From contig JAUZTB010000098.1 of NCBI GenBank assembly GCA_034780895.1, forward strand, positions 51,113,677-51,177,676: DNA of 64,000 nucleotides, read 5' to 3'. The DNA comes from Rhynchobatus australiae (lineage: Eukaryota). This document shows positions 1-11,312 of this stretch, piece after piece (positions within the stretch are counted from its first letter, which is position 1; each line of letters begins with the position of its first letter). The notes below the pieces were generated by a model. It did not search any database. It had not been told where the DNA came from and saw only the letters and a list, made by a program, of their open reading frames with translations. The position numbers and the translations under genes are program-made.

Positions 1-728
1 GGACCAGCCTGAGCTCCCAGTCACATCCCTGCCCTCCCTCCCCTCCTGCCCCCCCCTCCACCCTCCCCCTCCCCCCAAAGTTAACCAGTTAACCCTATAT
101 TTGCCCCTCTCTTCTTCTGATCCACTTGGCTCCTCCAACCCTATCTTTTCCATGGCTCCCTCTAGTCCTCTGTCACTCAGTTTTGTCCCCCTCCCCAACC
201 TGACTCCATTCATCCATCACCAACACATTTTTCCACAGCACCTCCTATCCCCTCCCCCACCTGTTTCCAGCTGCCCATCAGCCCTCTCTTATCGGGTTCC
301 ATTTATCACCTTCCTTATTTATCAGAGTGCAGTATTTGCATCTCTTGTGCCTCCACTGATCACCCTCCAGCCTCCGTCTCTACCTTCACACTGCTCTCCC
401 CCCAGCTGGCTCCTTCTGCCTTTCTTTTCCCCTTTCTTATCTGTGTCCACCAATCTGCCCCAGCCTCTGTCTCCCAACTCCGCCTCTCCCCCTCCCCCAC
501 CTGGCTCCATCTGCCCATCGTCCTTCACTCCACTTGGGTCCACCTGCCTCACCCCTCCCCCTCTCTCCTTAATACTGGTTATCCTCCTTCAACAATCTTG
601 TCCTGATGCAAGGTCTTGACCTGAAATGTCAACCTTTCCCTTCAGATACTGCCTGACCTGCTGAGTTCTTCCAGTCACCTGTGTTTTTGTTTGCTTCGTA
701 TTCCAGCATATGCAGTTTATTGTGTCTC
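1..728 (+). mobile_element. Penelope-like element 3' region / pseudo-LTR fragment
   Basis: C/T-rich tract followed by tcctgatgcaaggtcttgacctgaaatgtc...gatactgcctgacctgctgagttcttccag...ttccagcatatgcag. The same block follows the GIY-YIG ORF end at 12116-12250. Confidence 0.7.
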
Positions 729-3696
729 CTTATCAGATATTAGTTGGATTGAATATAAATTAAATGCAGCAGGCCAACCAGACAATGCATTTGTGGCTGG
801 TGTAACATTGGACTGTGTGGTGGCCAACATTTCCAACATCCATTACAATAAACAATTTGTTTCAAGAGATGTCATTTTAAGATGTTAAATCAATGAAAGT
901 AAATTTGTTTAGGCCCTTTATTGGGTACAGAATTGACAAGACACATCAGACGTCAGAAGCCTAAGGCTCACCAGAATTAGATGTTGGACTTTAACACTTT
1001 ATTACCAGTTGGCAGTGTATTCCATTTAATCTCCCCTCCTCCACGAAGTACCTGCGGGGGGCTGTCAATAAGACAGCACACCATTTGCCTGAGAACTAAC
1101 TTGGGTTGGCTCTCCCACTAGCTTGTAATAATTAGGTACTCTTGCCTATCAGGTGCTATTCAAATTGCAGTGCATTTCCAGCTGTTTGTGATTTTTTTTG
1201 TTTTGTACTTCAGACGTACTAAAGATCAACCCACATATGGGTTAAAAATACTGCAGCCAAATGTGGACTTGCAAGTACAATTCAATGGATTTAGCCCATT
1301 GCAGTAAACACTGACATTTCTACATTGTACAAACAGTGTTAAAGCAGCAAGCTTTGTTGTTTTTAGAGGGATGGTCACTTTTTAGAAAATACACCATTTA
1401 GAAAAACAATCAGGATCATAGTTTAACAACATTTGACTTCTCCAATCCAAACAAAATGACAGACTTACTGCATTTAAATTCATGTTTGTTTAAAATGTTA
1501 CTGTTACCCAAAAAAAAGGGCAGGTATGAATCCATCAATCATTTATCTAATGTGGATTTGTGTTTTATCCATGTTCAATTTGGATAATTGTATGTTTGAC
1601 TCTGCAACAAAGGGATTTGATTTCATTTATATTAAATAATCCTGTCAAATTCCCTAACTTTTTATTTGAGTAAATTTTCTGTCCAATAATGGACTTGGAT
1701 GCATTAAATAGGAAAATCCCTGGTTCAGTTTCCAACCTTTGCAGACTTCTGTTAAAGACACTAATGGAAATGTTCTATAATTGGCTTCTTCCTCGTACTC
1801 TAAGGAGGACAAAATCGACTTGTTTTCACTCCGTTAAGAATCAGAGAAATATCTATTTATTGCTCCACAGATACCTGAATCTTAGATCAGGTCTGCAGTG
1901 GAGGGTTGTAGGAAAGGACCAGCCAGCCATATTTTACTGAATAACATAAAATATAGCATTTTTATTCTGTATTCTAAATGTGTTTTTTAAAAAAAAGCCA
2001 CCAAGTCCCAATTGGCACAATTGTAACAAATTGGTGATTTAATCTCTAATGAATAATTCAACAAGCCTCGCAAATGGATCTAAAAATTAGAGATACATGC
2101 CTATAAGGATAAATGCCAATCATGCAGCTCCCATATGGGGTGCTTTTCCTAATATCCAGCTGATGACTGAAATTGCCCTATGCCTCACAACCTCATGATG
2201 CTTAGATTTCAGTTGGAGCTGTGAGCTGAGTTGAACACTGTGTGCCAGTACTGCCATATGTTGAAAGTACAAAATATATGGAGATGCAGGCCAGTAGAAT
2301 GTTTGACTAAAATTAGGACAAGGAACTTGTCATATTTGAAATGTTATACAATTGTTTCTTACGTGATGTCTCTGTGTGCGTGTATAAAAAAAATACTACC
2401 CGCTAAGTGCTGAGTTTTCTGCTGTAGCTGGTGGGACCACAGTTATTATTAATAATCCCAAATTGGGAAAAGAAAATAATAGTAAAGAAGCCAATCAGTT
2501 TTTCCCTTCCTCCAAAGCAGTGTGCATGGTGGCCCAACAATCAAATAACTAACTCCTTGTCCATGCCCATGTGTAAAGAATACAGACTTCAAGGAAGTAC
2601 TGAGAGCTGCTGTGCTTGTGGGTTCGAATCCAAGCCTCAGGTACCGCTTGAGAGGAAGAAAATGCCAGAGTAATTTTGAAGAGCTGGCTTTATTTCAGCA
2701 AAGCACTGCTCAGTAGGCCACTGATGTACCATTGGGCACCTAATGTCACCATAGGAGCCTGATTTGCATGCATTAATGAGGTTCTCACCTGGATCAGGTA
2801 GTTGCCATAGCTGCCTAAGTATGGGGCCAGGTTAAGATAAAGCACAAAAGCAGGAACAATAAACCAAGTAGTCAATAAGTTGTTGAATATCCATTCCATC
2901 TGTTTTCCCCTTCCACACACCAATACCCACACTTGACGTCCTCGAGCATCCCGTGCTTTGGAAATTCCATCTGGGAATGGAGCAAATGGAATTTCTATCC
3001 ACCGTGCACCCGTCGTCCAGAAATGGGCAGGGCTCCTGCAGCTTCTGTCACTGTTGCTCGATCGACCCAAACATTCTCGTGATGCTAGTATTCGGGGCAA
3101 TGGAGTCCAGAAGGGCTGAGCGGATTTGGTCTTGATTCAAGGCAGTTTTAGTCAAATGGAACTCACCCAGGGTGTGGGTATGAATTTAAATTTGCTGGAC
3201 TTTGGAGGGCATGTGCATTTGTCTTTAACATTGTGGTGAATATGTGCGTAAGTTATAACCCCATCCCGTAAATACTGATGTTGGACGGTTACTGCGGGAG
3301 CCCATGCACCGGCTTGCCTCCCTTGTGCACATCCCAGGTCTTTCCTAAGAAATACCCTTTATACAGGACATGATGGGTCTGGCAGGTTCAAACAACTGTT
3401 TCCTGCTGCCACACTTTCCAAGTCCCTCTGTATGTGAATGTCCATTTGTCCACATGTGCCCACCAAAATTATTACCTTACTTGCCCAGGACTTCTGGTTA
3501 TGTCAGGAGCATCAGTCATTGACAAACCTCCCATCCCTTTCTGGAGNNNNNNNNNNNNNNNNNNNNNNNNNNNNNNGGGTTCAATTTTCTAATTATCTGC
3601 ATTCAGTTCCCAGAGTCTGGCGCTTGCTTCCTGGGGCCTGGGTGTCGGTTGGTTATCTTTCTTACCTGACCTGCTCTTCTTGGCCAAGTTGCACAC

Positions 3697-4480
3697 TTGT
3701 AGCAATGGAGAAGCCAAAGGACAGACAGATTAGTGTGGGAATGGCAAGGAGAGTTGAAATAACTCTCCCTTCCACTTCCTCGCTGACTTGTCAACCTTTG
3801 GCCTTCTCCATTGCTGCAGTGAAGCTAAATGCAAATTGGAAGAACAAATTCCACTCATCTCATATTCCACTCAAGTAGCTTACAAACCAATGGGATTAAT
3901 ATTGGATATTCCAATTTTAGTCAACCTGCACCCCCAGTGTTCTACTCCCACACACACTCGCCTGCCCATCTAGGCCTCTTCTCCTTTTGTTCACCTTTCC
4001 AATTCCCCCTCCTACCTGGTTCCACCTATCACCTACCGGCCTTTGATCCACCCCACTCTCCTAATGAGGGCAGGCACAGTAGTGTAGCGGTTAGCGTAAT
4101 GCTATTACAGCGCCAGCGACCCGGGTTCAATTCCGAACACTGTCTGTAAGGAGTTTGTACGTTCTCACCGCGACTGCATGGGTTTCCCCTGGGTGCTCCA
4201 GTTTCCTCCCACGTTCCAAAGACGTACGGGTTAGGAGTTGAGGGCTGCTATGTTGGTGCCGGAAGAGTGGCGACACTTCGGGCTGCCCCCAGAACACTCT
4301 ACGCAAAAGATGCATTTCACTGTATGTTTTGATATACATGTGACTAATAAAGATCTGATCTTACTTCTGTATACTGGCAATCATTCCTCTTCCCTCTCAG
4401 TCCTGATGCAGGGTCTCAACCTTAAACGCCAACTATCTCCTTGCCTCCACAGATTTTACTTCACCTGCTGAGTTCTGTTT
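3697..4480 (+). mobile_element. Penelope-like GIY-YIG C-terminal fragment plus pseudo-LTR, with a 5' inversion and a nested SINE
   Basis: Translates to FGLLHCCSEAKCKLEEQ...LQTNGINIGYSNF, matching the ORF end at 11560-11660. The pseudo-LTR resumes at ~4364 (cagtcctgatgcagggtctc). Confidence 0.7.
4068..4363 (+). mobile_element. tRNA-derived V-SINE
   Basis: Pol III box A (tagtgtagcgg, 4080-4090) and box B (ggttcaattcc, 4124-4134). V-domain gagtttgtacgttctc...gggtttcccctgggtgctccagtttcctcccac. Tail ends catgtgactaataaa. Near-identical copy at 8187. Confidence 0.85.
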
Positions 4481-6824
4481 TTCATCCTAGGTTTGTTTCA
4501 TCTCTCTCTTATAGTGCTGCTAGTTTATTGATTTATTTCTCAATTTCTGTCCCAACTGTATTAATCTATTTGAGTTCATTCACCAGGAAAATGTCTGTTT
4601 TGTGCTCCTGTTTATTTGTAGATACAGAATATTACTACTTTTGTAATTTCTCTTCACCATCTGGTGGACTTTTAACTTCTCTTCTTTCCCCCCCCACCCA
4701 CCCACCCCCAATTATTTGTTTTCTTTTTTTCTCTCTCTCCTTTAGCATTTGAGTACTTCGGTTGAACTCTGATTTGCATTTTGAGTTGGAGCTGCCCCTT
4801 TCTTGTCCCTTCTAAACAGACTTGCTGCATCTGTTTTGCTCTCAGTGGCTCTGATGCACTGAAATAAACTTTGATTCTGTCATTTCAAGGATCAAAGACT
4901 GGATTTCTTTACCTCCTTCAATTTTTCGTTCCTCCTCTAATTTGCTTCATGGGGATGTGCAGATATACAATATCTGTACAAGGCAGCATCTAAATGTCCC
5001 AATGTTGTATCTTAGACTTCTTTCCCTAAATGTTCCAGCTCTCCTTTTTGCTGTAAGTTACTTAAACAAATTGAAAGGCTCATCAGATAATATTAATTAT
5101 CCTGATTATTACATTCAATAGCAATTGCACTTTTTGTGTAGGAAATATTCTATTTTAGATGTTATTTTCCAAAAATGTACTTGATTCATTATTTGCAAAA
5201 ATGGAATGCAAAACATTCATATATTATGATTCCTCGTACATACTATTTTATTCCATTTACATATATTTCAAAGGCATCACATCAGTGCTTCCTTGCGTAC
5301 ATTCCTTGAGCAAACAGTGGGAAGGATTTTGCATGGTTTCAAGTCATTCAGTGTAGATTTGGGACAGAGCCTTAAAACATTGTATTTACCCCATAGAGCC
5401 TTGCAGTATGTGTCTTGTAATATATTTATAGTGTTCGTAACAACTGTGATTTTTGTTTCATTCTCTGCAATTGCAATCATTATACTCCATTGTTTAAATT
5501 CTTGACATAACTAAAACAACAATTAACACAGATAATATTGGAAATATTTTGTAAATAAAAATTACTTGGTAATATCAGTTAATTATTTTACACTTATGGA
5601 CCTTTTTCAGATATTTTGTTGAGATTTGTGGAGTGATCCTTCATGAAAATCTTGGATATGTTTTGCGACAGATAGAACAGTGACTATAGCATAGTTGATT
5701 AAACTTTCATTTTGCTGTCGAGTACAATTTTTTATGCTTGCCAAAAGCAACAGATTTTTTATGATACAGTTGAAATCATCAGGTTTATTATATCATTGTA
5801 CTTGTGGCATTTTGGCTAAAACACAGCTCAAGATTGCAAGGCTGGATTTAAGGCTCAAGGATTGAGATTTATCATTCCTAAGAAACTGGCTAATGTTAGC
5901 TGCTTCATTTGTATTGAAGTCATTAAATCTTGCTAACATAACCTAGTGTGAAATCAGAAACCATTTCACATATATAAAAAAAAATGGGCAGTGGAATTTG
6001 GATTGATAAGCATTCTCAGCTTGATGAATCATTTTTATCTTTATGATGGATTATGTGGGGTTGTTGTCTGCATTTAAACACATCCTTGNNNNNNNNNNNN
6101 NNNNNNNNNNNNNNNNNNNNNNNNNNNNNNNNNNNNNNNNNNNNNNNNNNNNNNNNNNNNNNNNNNNNNNNNNNNNNNNNNNNNNNNNNNNNNNCAGTAT
6201 TCATCTGGCTGTTGACTGAGCACACATTTGCATAGGGCATTGTCCATAGTTTGCTGGTCTAGGCACAGAACTGATTGTTGTTAGGTTTCTGGAATTTGCT
6301 GAGGGGGAGGGGAGGAATTCTAATGACTGATTAGCACCTCCTGTTTTCTTTTCCCTCTTCCCTAGCTATCTTGACTGTCTCCCAAGATTACGGAGGACCT
6401 GGCAACATGGTAGGATTCCCATTTCAGACTGAGGACTGATTGTGCAGCTTATTCCTGGCTGCCATTTTCCAGAAAACATTTTGTTGCAGCCTGGGGATGA
6501 TTATCAACCCATTACTGTGATGGTTCCTTCAAAAGCTCCATCATTGCAGGAAATTATTACAGCAAAAGCCTTCTGTTACGGGGAGACAAAATATGCTGTT
6601 TATATCATAATTCAATAATAACATGCAACTAATATCCACTTTAAGTTTGCTGACCCTGCTTTTGCTTGGCCAGTGTCTTGGAGTGGAGAATTCCTTGTTT
6701 TCATTCCATTTCTGTGTTCCTGAGGTGACTGATTAGTCTGATGTGGGATCTGCATTCACTGATGAGGCAGTTAGAACTTGATGGGATAGCTGGGTGGATG
6801 TTTTGGATTGTTGTGTGCTTCTTT

Positions 6825-6960
6825 GCTTGCCCTAATGTAGGGTTTTGACCTGAATCGTTGACAATTCCTTTCCCCCTGACAGATGCTGCTTGATCTGCTG
6901 AGTTCCTCCAGCAGATTGTTTGTTGCTCCAGATCCCAGCATCTGCAGTCTCTTGTGCCTC
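6825..6960 (+). mobile_element. Penelope pseudo-LTR fragment
   Basis: ctaatgtagggttttgacctgaatcgttgac...gatgctgcttgatctgctgagttcctccagc...gctccagatcccagcatctgcagtctcttgtg. Confidence 0.75.
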
Positions 6961-6964
6961 CTTT

Positions 6965-7545
6965 CAGTGTTTGCACTTGGATACCCTGTGCTCCCATTGG
7001 GGAATCCTGAAGTGCTCAGTACTTTCCTCAAAACTACAGGGCAGTTTGATGTTCTGGGTCGGGAATTTCCATGAATTGGTTCTATTTCTCAAGCAGTGCT
7101 TGAAACATTTTCTCCATTCTCTTGGTTGGAATATAGCACTTGTTTTAGGAAGCAGGTGCTAGGCTGGTTGACTGCGATCAGATCCTCAAAGCTAGGAATG
7201 TTGGCCTGGAAAAGGACACTGACCTGGCTTTGCCATTCTGCAAATGGATTTGGAAGATTTTGCAGACAGTGTTGTTGGTACTTCTCCAGTCTTATGATGT
7301 ACCTGCTGTTGGTTGTCTGATTCCAAAGCATACGGGAGAGTTGCGACCAGTAGGCCGTTAGTTTGGTATGAGGCTTGAAATTCTTGGTCTTCAAGCATTA
7401 TTTTTTTCTCCACTTTGGTGGTAAATTGCATCATCATTGCATGTCTGCCTTCACTGGGAGATGGCGCCTCAGATTTGTGAACTTGATCACAATGATGAAA
7501 TGTATCACTGATTCCCACAGCTACCTTGAACACACATTCCACCCA
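6965..7545 (-). mobile_element. RTE-clade LINE ORF C-terminal remnant
   Basis: Minus-strand frameshifted peptide RLEKYQQHCLQ...VSVLFQANIPSFEDLI...LKQVLYS resembles the RTE/BovB-type post-RT region. Homologous to 63660-64000. Confidence 0.7.
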
Positions 7546-7679
7546 ATCTCCAGTAAGTTGGCATCATGGTTGACATGGGCATCATGGGCTGAAGGTTCTA
7601 CTCTTTCTTCCCAATTTTTTTTGTCTCCATTACATCTATTCTGGCTATATTGTCTTCCATATCAGTGCTTTCAATACAT

Positions 7680-8940
7680 CTTCCTTGATTGTGGGTCCTT
7701 ATCCACTGTAGATGATGGGTTCCTCTCTGTTCATGCCACTTCCCACACTTCTGTTCTCTCTCCTTTCCCCTCCCCCTCCTCAGTGAGACTGCTCTTATTT
7801 TCAGTTCCTACCCCACCCCAACATTCAAAGGTTCATCACTGGAACCTCTAACATGATGCCACCATCACACAAACCCTTCCTCCCTTCCCTTGTGATTCAG
7901 AATTCCACAGGGACTTTTTGTCTCTTCAACACCCTACTCCACTAAGAGTCCCTCCCTTTCATCTTCCCATACAACACCAAGAGATGCAATATCTGCAGTT
8001 TTATATTCTTCCTTTTCCATTATCCATGGACCCAAATGCTCATTCCAGTTGAGGTCATGATTTATTGGTACTACCTCCAATTTGGTTGATACAATAATGT
8101 GATTCTCCTCAGAGCTGGGAAGACCAAACCAGATAGGGTGACTGCTTTGTAGAATACCTTCATTCAACCTGCACCTGTGTTTTACAGGGCAGCACGGTAG
8201 TGTAGCAGTTAGCGTAACGCTATTACAGCGCCAGTGACCCAGGTTCAATTCCCGCCGCTGTCTGTAAGGAGTTTGTACGTCCTTCCCGTGTCTGCGTGGG
8301 TTTCCTCCNNNNNNNNNNNNNNNNNNNNGCTTCTTCCCACATTCCAAAGACGTATGGGTTCGGAGTTGTGTGCGTGCCTGAAGAGTGGCAACACCTGCGG
8401 GCTGCCCCCAGCACATTCTCAGTAATGCAAAAAGCAGCGTTTCACTGTGTGTTTTGATGGACATGTGACTAATAAATAAATATCCTGAATTTCTGACTGC
8501 CTGTCAATTTCCTGGTCCACTCTGACTCCTCCCCGACATCCACCCAATGAAGCCTAACAGTAGCTCAAGAAGCTGCACCCCATTTCCTGACCAGACATGT
8601 TAAAATCTTTCAGACCTTGTATTGAGTTTCACGGTTTCTGATAATTGTATTATCCCCATTTATACCACCCGTGCATTTGCTCTACATGACCGCCTTTGCC
8701 TCGTGTCATCATTCCTTTCATTATATCATCTCTTTGGCCATGCACCCCATCTCAGATTTTCTTGTACTTTCCTCCCCATCCATTCCCTAACTTTCCCTGC
8801 ATCCCTTTCCAGTTTTGTTGAATGATCTGTAGCATTAACTACTGATGCTTTTTCCTGTTCACTTATGTTGCCTGACCTGGTGTTGATTTCCAGCATCTGT
8901 CTCAGCTTCAGATTCCCAGTATCTGTGGTGTTTGGCTTTG
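7680..8940 (+). mobile_element. Old Penelope-like element remnant (endonuclease region to pseudo-LTR), interrupted by a V-SINE
   Basis: Degenerate colinear match to 11313-12250 (ccattatccatggacccaa...ttccagttgagg...gggtgactgctttgtagaatacctt; 3' gcctgacctggtgttgatttccagcatctg). Confidence 0.55.
8187..8483 (+). mobile_element. tRNA-derived V-SINE
   Basis: gggcagcacggtagtgtagcagttagcgtaacgctattacagcgccag...ggttcaattcc, V-domain, tail tttcactgtgtgttttgatggacatgtgactaataaataaa. Same family as 4068-4363. Confidence 0.85.
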
Positions 8941-10901
8941 TTAATGAAACGTGTCTGACTCATACCAGTCACTACAACATCCGGGTTTGTGTCCGTGGAT
9001 TTTCTTTTTTATTTGGAATGCAAACAAAACGTCGACAACTGACATGTACTGTTTGCACTGAACAAAGGAAACATCAAGATAATAAGAGATGATAAACTTG
9101 AATTATCCCAGGAACCCGCATTGCATGGTTTTGTATTTATCCTGTTCTGTTCAGCTGCAACAAACAGAAATAACTTGAGCAACCTGACATGAAAGTGGGA
9201 CATTATTTTTTATATATAAATCTGGTTTCAAGTATGCTTCCCTTTTTAGCAGGATTGCATAATCATCTGCAGCAAAGTAAGGGACTTGCATCACTCATCT
9301 TTCAGCTGTTTGCAGTCTGAAATTATGATTAACAATCAAAAATTCATTTTAACATCTGAAGGTATGTCTTCAAGCAAAAGATTCCCTTCCGAGCCATGTT
9401 CTTTAATACTAATCTCTATTTATGATGAAAGGTCTCAAATGAAAGGATTGGTTAGTCTAATTTTCTTTTTGAATCTCTGATTGGAAGTCTGGTCACACAG
9501 GCTTTATACAACAGATGATAGACACAATACAAATGATGATGGAGTTTCCTGAATCTTAAGGTTTTTTGATGTTTACTTTTACATATTTTTAGTATGCTTT
9601 AGCTTTCACATTTTCCTTTTCCTTTTTTTTGGAATTTAAATTAGTTCTTCTGACTCTTTGTTTTGTTCCTGCAGTTCCCTTATTTTTAATTATCCATTTA
9701 CTGTTACTAGGGGGAACAACTGGACCTTATTGTATCTGTGAGCTGTGCAAAATGAGAGCCAGTTTTAAATATCAACACCCTGAGCCCAAAGTACATCTGG
9801 AAGATCATGATCGGGTGAGCTTATTTTTAGGCACATCTGGGAGTCACCTCAAGCGGGCTTTAATCTCTTTCATATGGGGCCAAGTAGCAGTTTCTCTCTG
9901 GGAAAGTAAACAATGAGGAGCACAACTCAGGATACATTGGCAAATTCACAGGCCTTTGCACTGCTCACAACAATAGGTGCATTTATTGCCTTAATGAAAA
10001 AAAAATTATTGCTGCAGAGCCAGGAGTGGAAAAGTGCTCCCCTGTCTTAACAATATTCCTAATCGTGTCTCCCGCAAGTGAAGTCACTGGGGATGGGGGA
10101 GGGGACTGTGAGCATGTGGTGGCTGGGCCCTAAAGATAAGGTTGATGGGTCCCCCACAACCGTTCACACCCACATCTTTGTGCATGAGTACCCACACACA
10201 CACACAGCCTCTGGGGGGGGAAAATAATTCTCACTCATCGTGCTTTACTTCACCCTGGACTCTCCTCTGGATCACAGGCCATGAGGAAGTTCCCTTTGTG
10301 TTTTCAGTGCAAGAGATACAAGCAACCCAACCGTGAATATTGATATGCCCCAGCTTTGGGATGAGCTGGAAGCTTCAGATTTTGGGCTTGAACTTCATCA
10401 GAGGTGGCTGTTTAACTGAAAACTGGCCTAAGGGAACTATTAACCGAAGATGTTGTTTTTGTTTACAGAATAGCAGTGGTAATCAGCAAAATGTCAAAGC
10501 TTTCTTTATTCTGGATTTCTAATTTATGGTAAATTAAGGTAAAACCAATGCATAAACTGGATATGCTGAATTAGGATGGGTAAAATGCCTTGTTGCAATG
10601 GTTGCACTGATGAGAACCATCTTCAATCATCAACAGATGAGGTTCTGATTTAAGAAGGCAGCGAAATGGATATTGGCATATACTAATTTTCTGGATTTTA
10701 TTCACATATCATGTAGGTTCCAGAGGCCTTTGGGGCCAATGTGGAACAGTTTTGGGTAGGATTTCACACAGATTAAAAGAGAGAAATGGAACATCTGGTT
10801 CAATCAGTGCATTATTGGTTTTAACCCTCCACAATAGTTTTTAATCACATAACTGCATAACTCATTTCTCTTTTCTCCCCCCCCAACCTCTTCAAGGTGA
10901 G

Positions 10902-11117
10902 CAGGTCCTCCCCAGCTTACAAATGCCTGACTTATGGACAGCCTCTACATATAAATAAGCGTTTGAGAGACCAGCAGGATTAGCCAGCTGCTGCCGGGCT
11001 GCATTCAACTTCTGTCATGTGGAAACTCCCTTCGTGGCCTCACTTCCGACTTGCGAACTATTTGGGTTATGAACACTTCTCAGGAACAGTACCTTGTGGT
11101 GTTCCTTGGAGAGGCTG
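10902..11117. mobile_element. Possible Tigger/pogo-type MITE remnant
   Basis: Starts caggtcctccccagcttac and ends gttccttggagaggctg (weak inverted termini). Contains internal gacttayg-like repeats typical of Tigger MITEs. Confidence 0.35.
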
Positions 11118-11312
11118 AACTTGTGCTCAGAAGAAAGAGAGGTGACTAACATACAAGCTCCTGAGAGGATATTTCCCTTTGTGGGTGAACCCAGATTTGG
11201 GGTCATTGCTTAAAAATTAGGTTTACCCATTTAAGACAGAGGCAATTTTTTTTTCTTTCAGAAGGTTGTGAGCCTTTTGAAGTCTTTTCCTCAAAGGGAG
11301 ATGCAAGTCATG

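Noticed and set aside
101-619. 172-aa Pro/Ser/Leu-rich ORF
   Set aside because: Product of the C/T-rich Penelope 3' region, which lacks stop codons by composition.
4068-4140. tRNA-like sequence with A and B boxes (also at 8187, 39251 and 46148)
   Set aside because: SINE heads: they continue into the V-domain and lack a proper acceptor stem and terminator.
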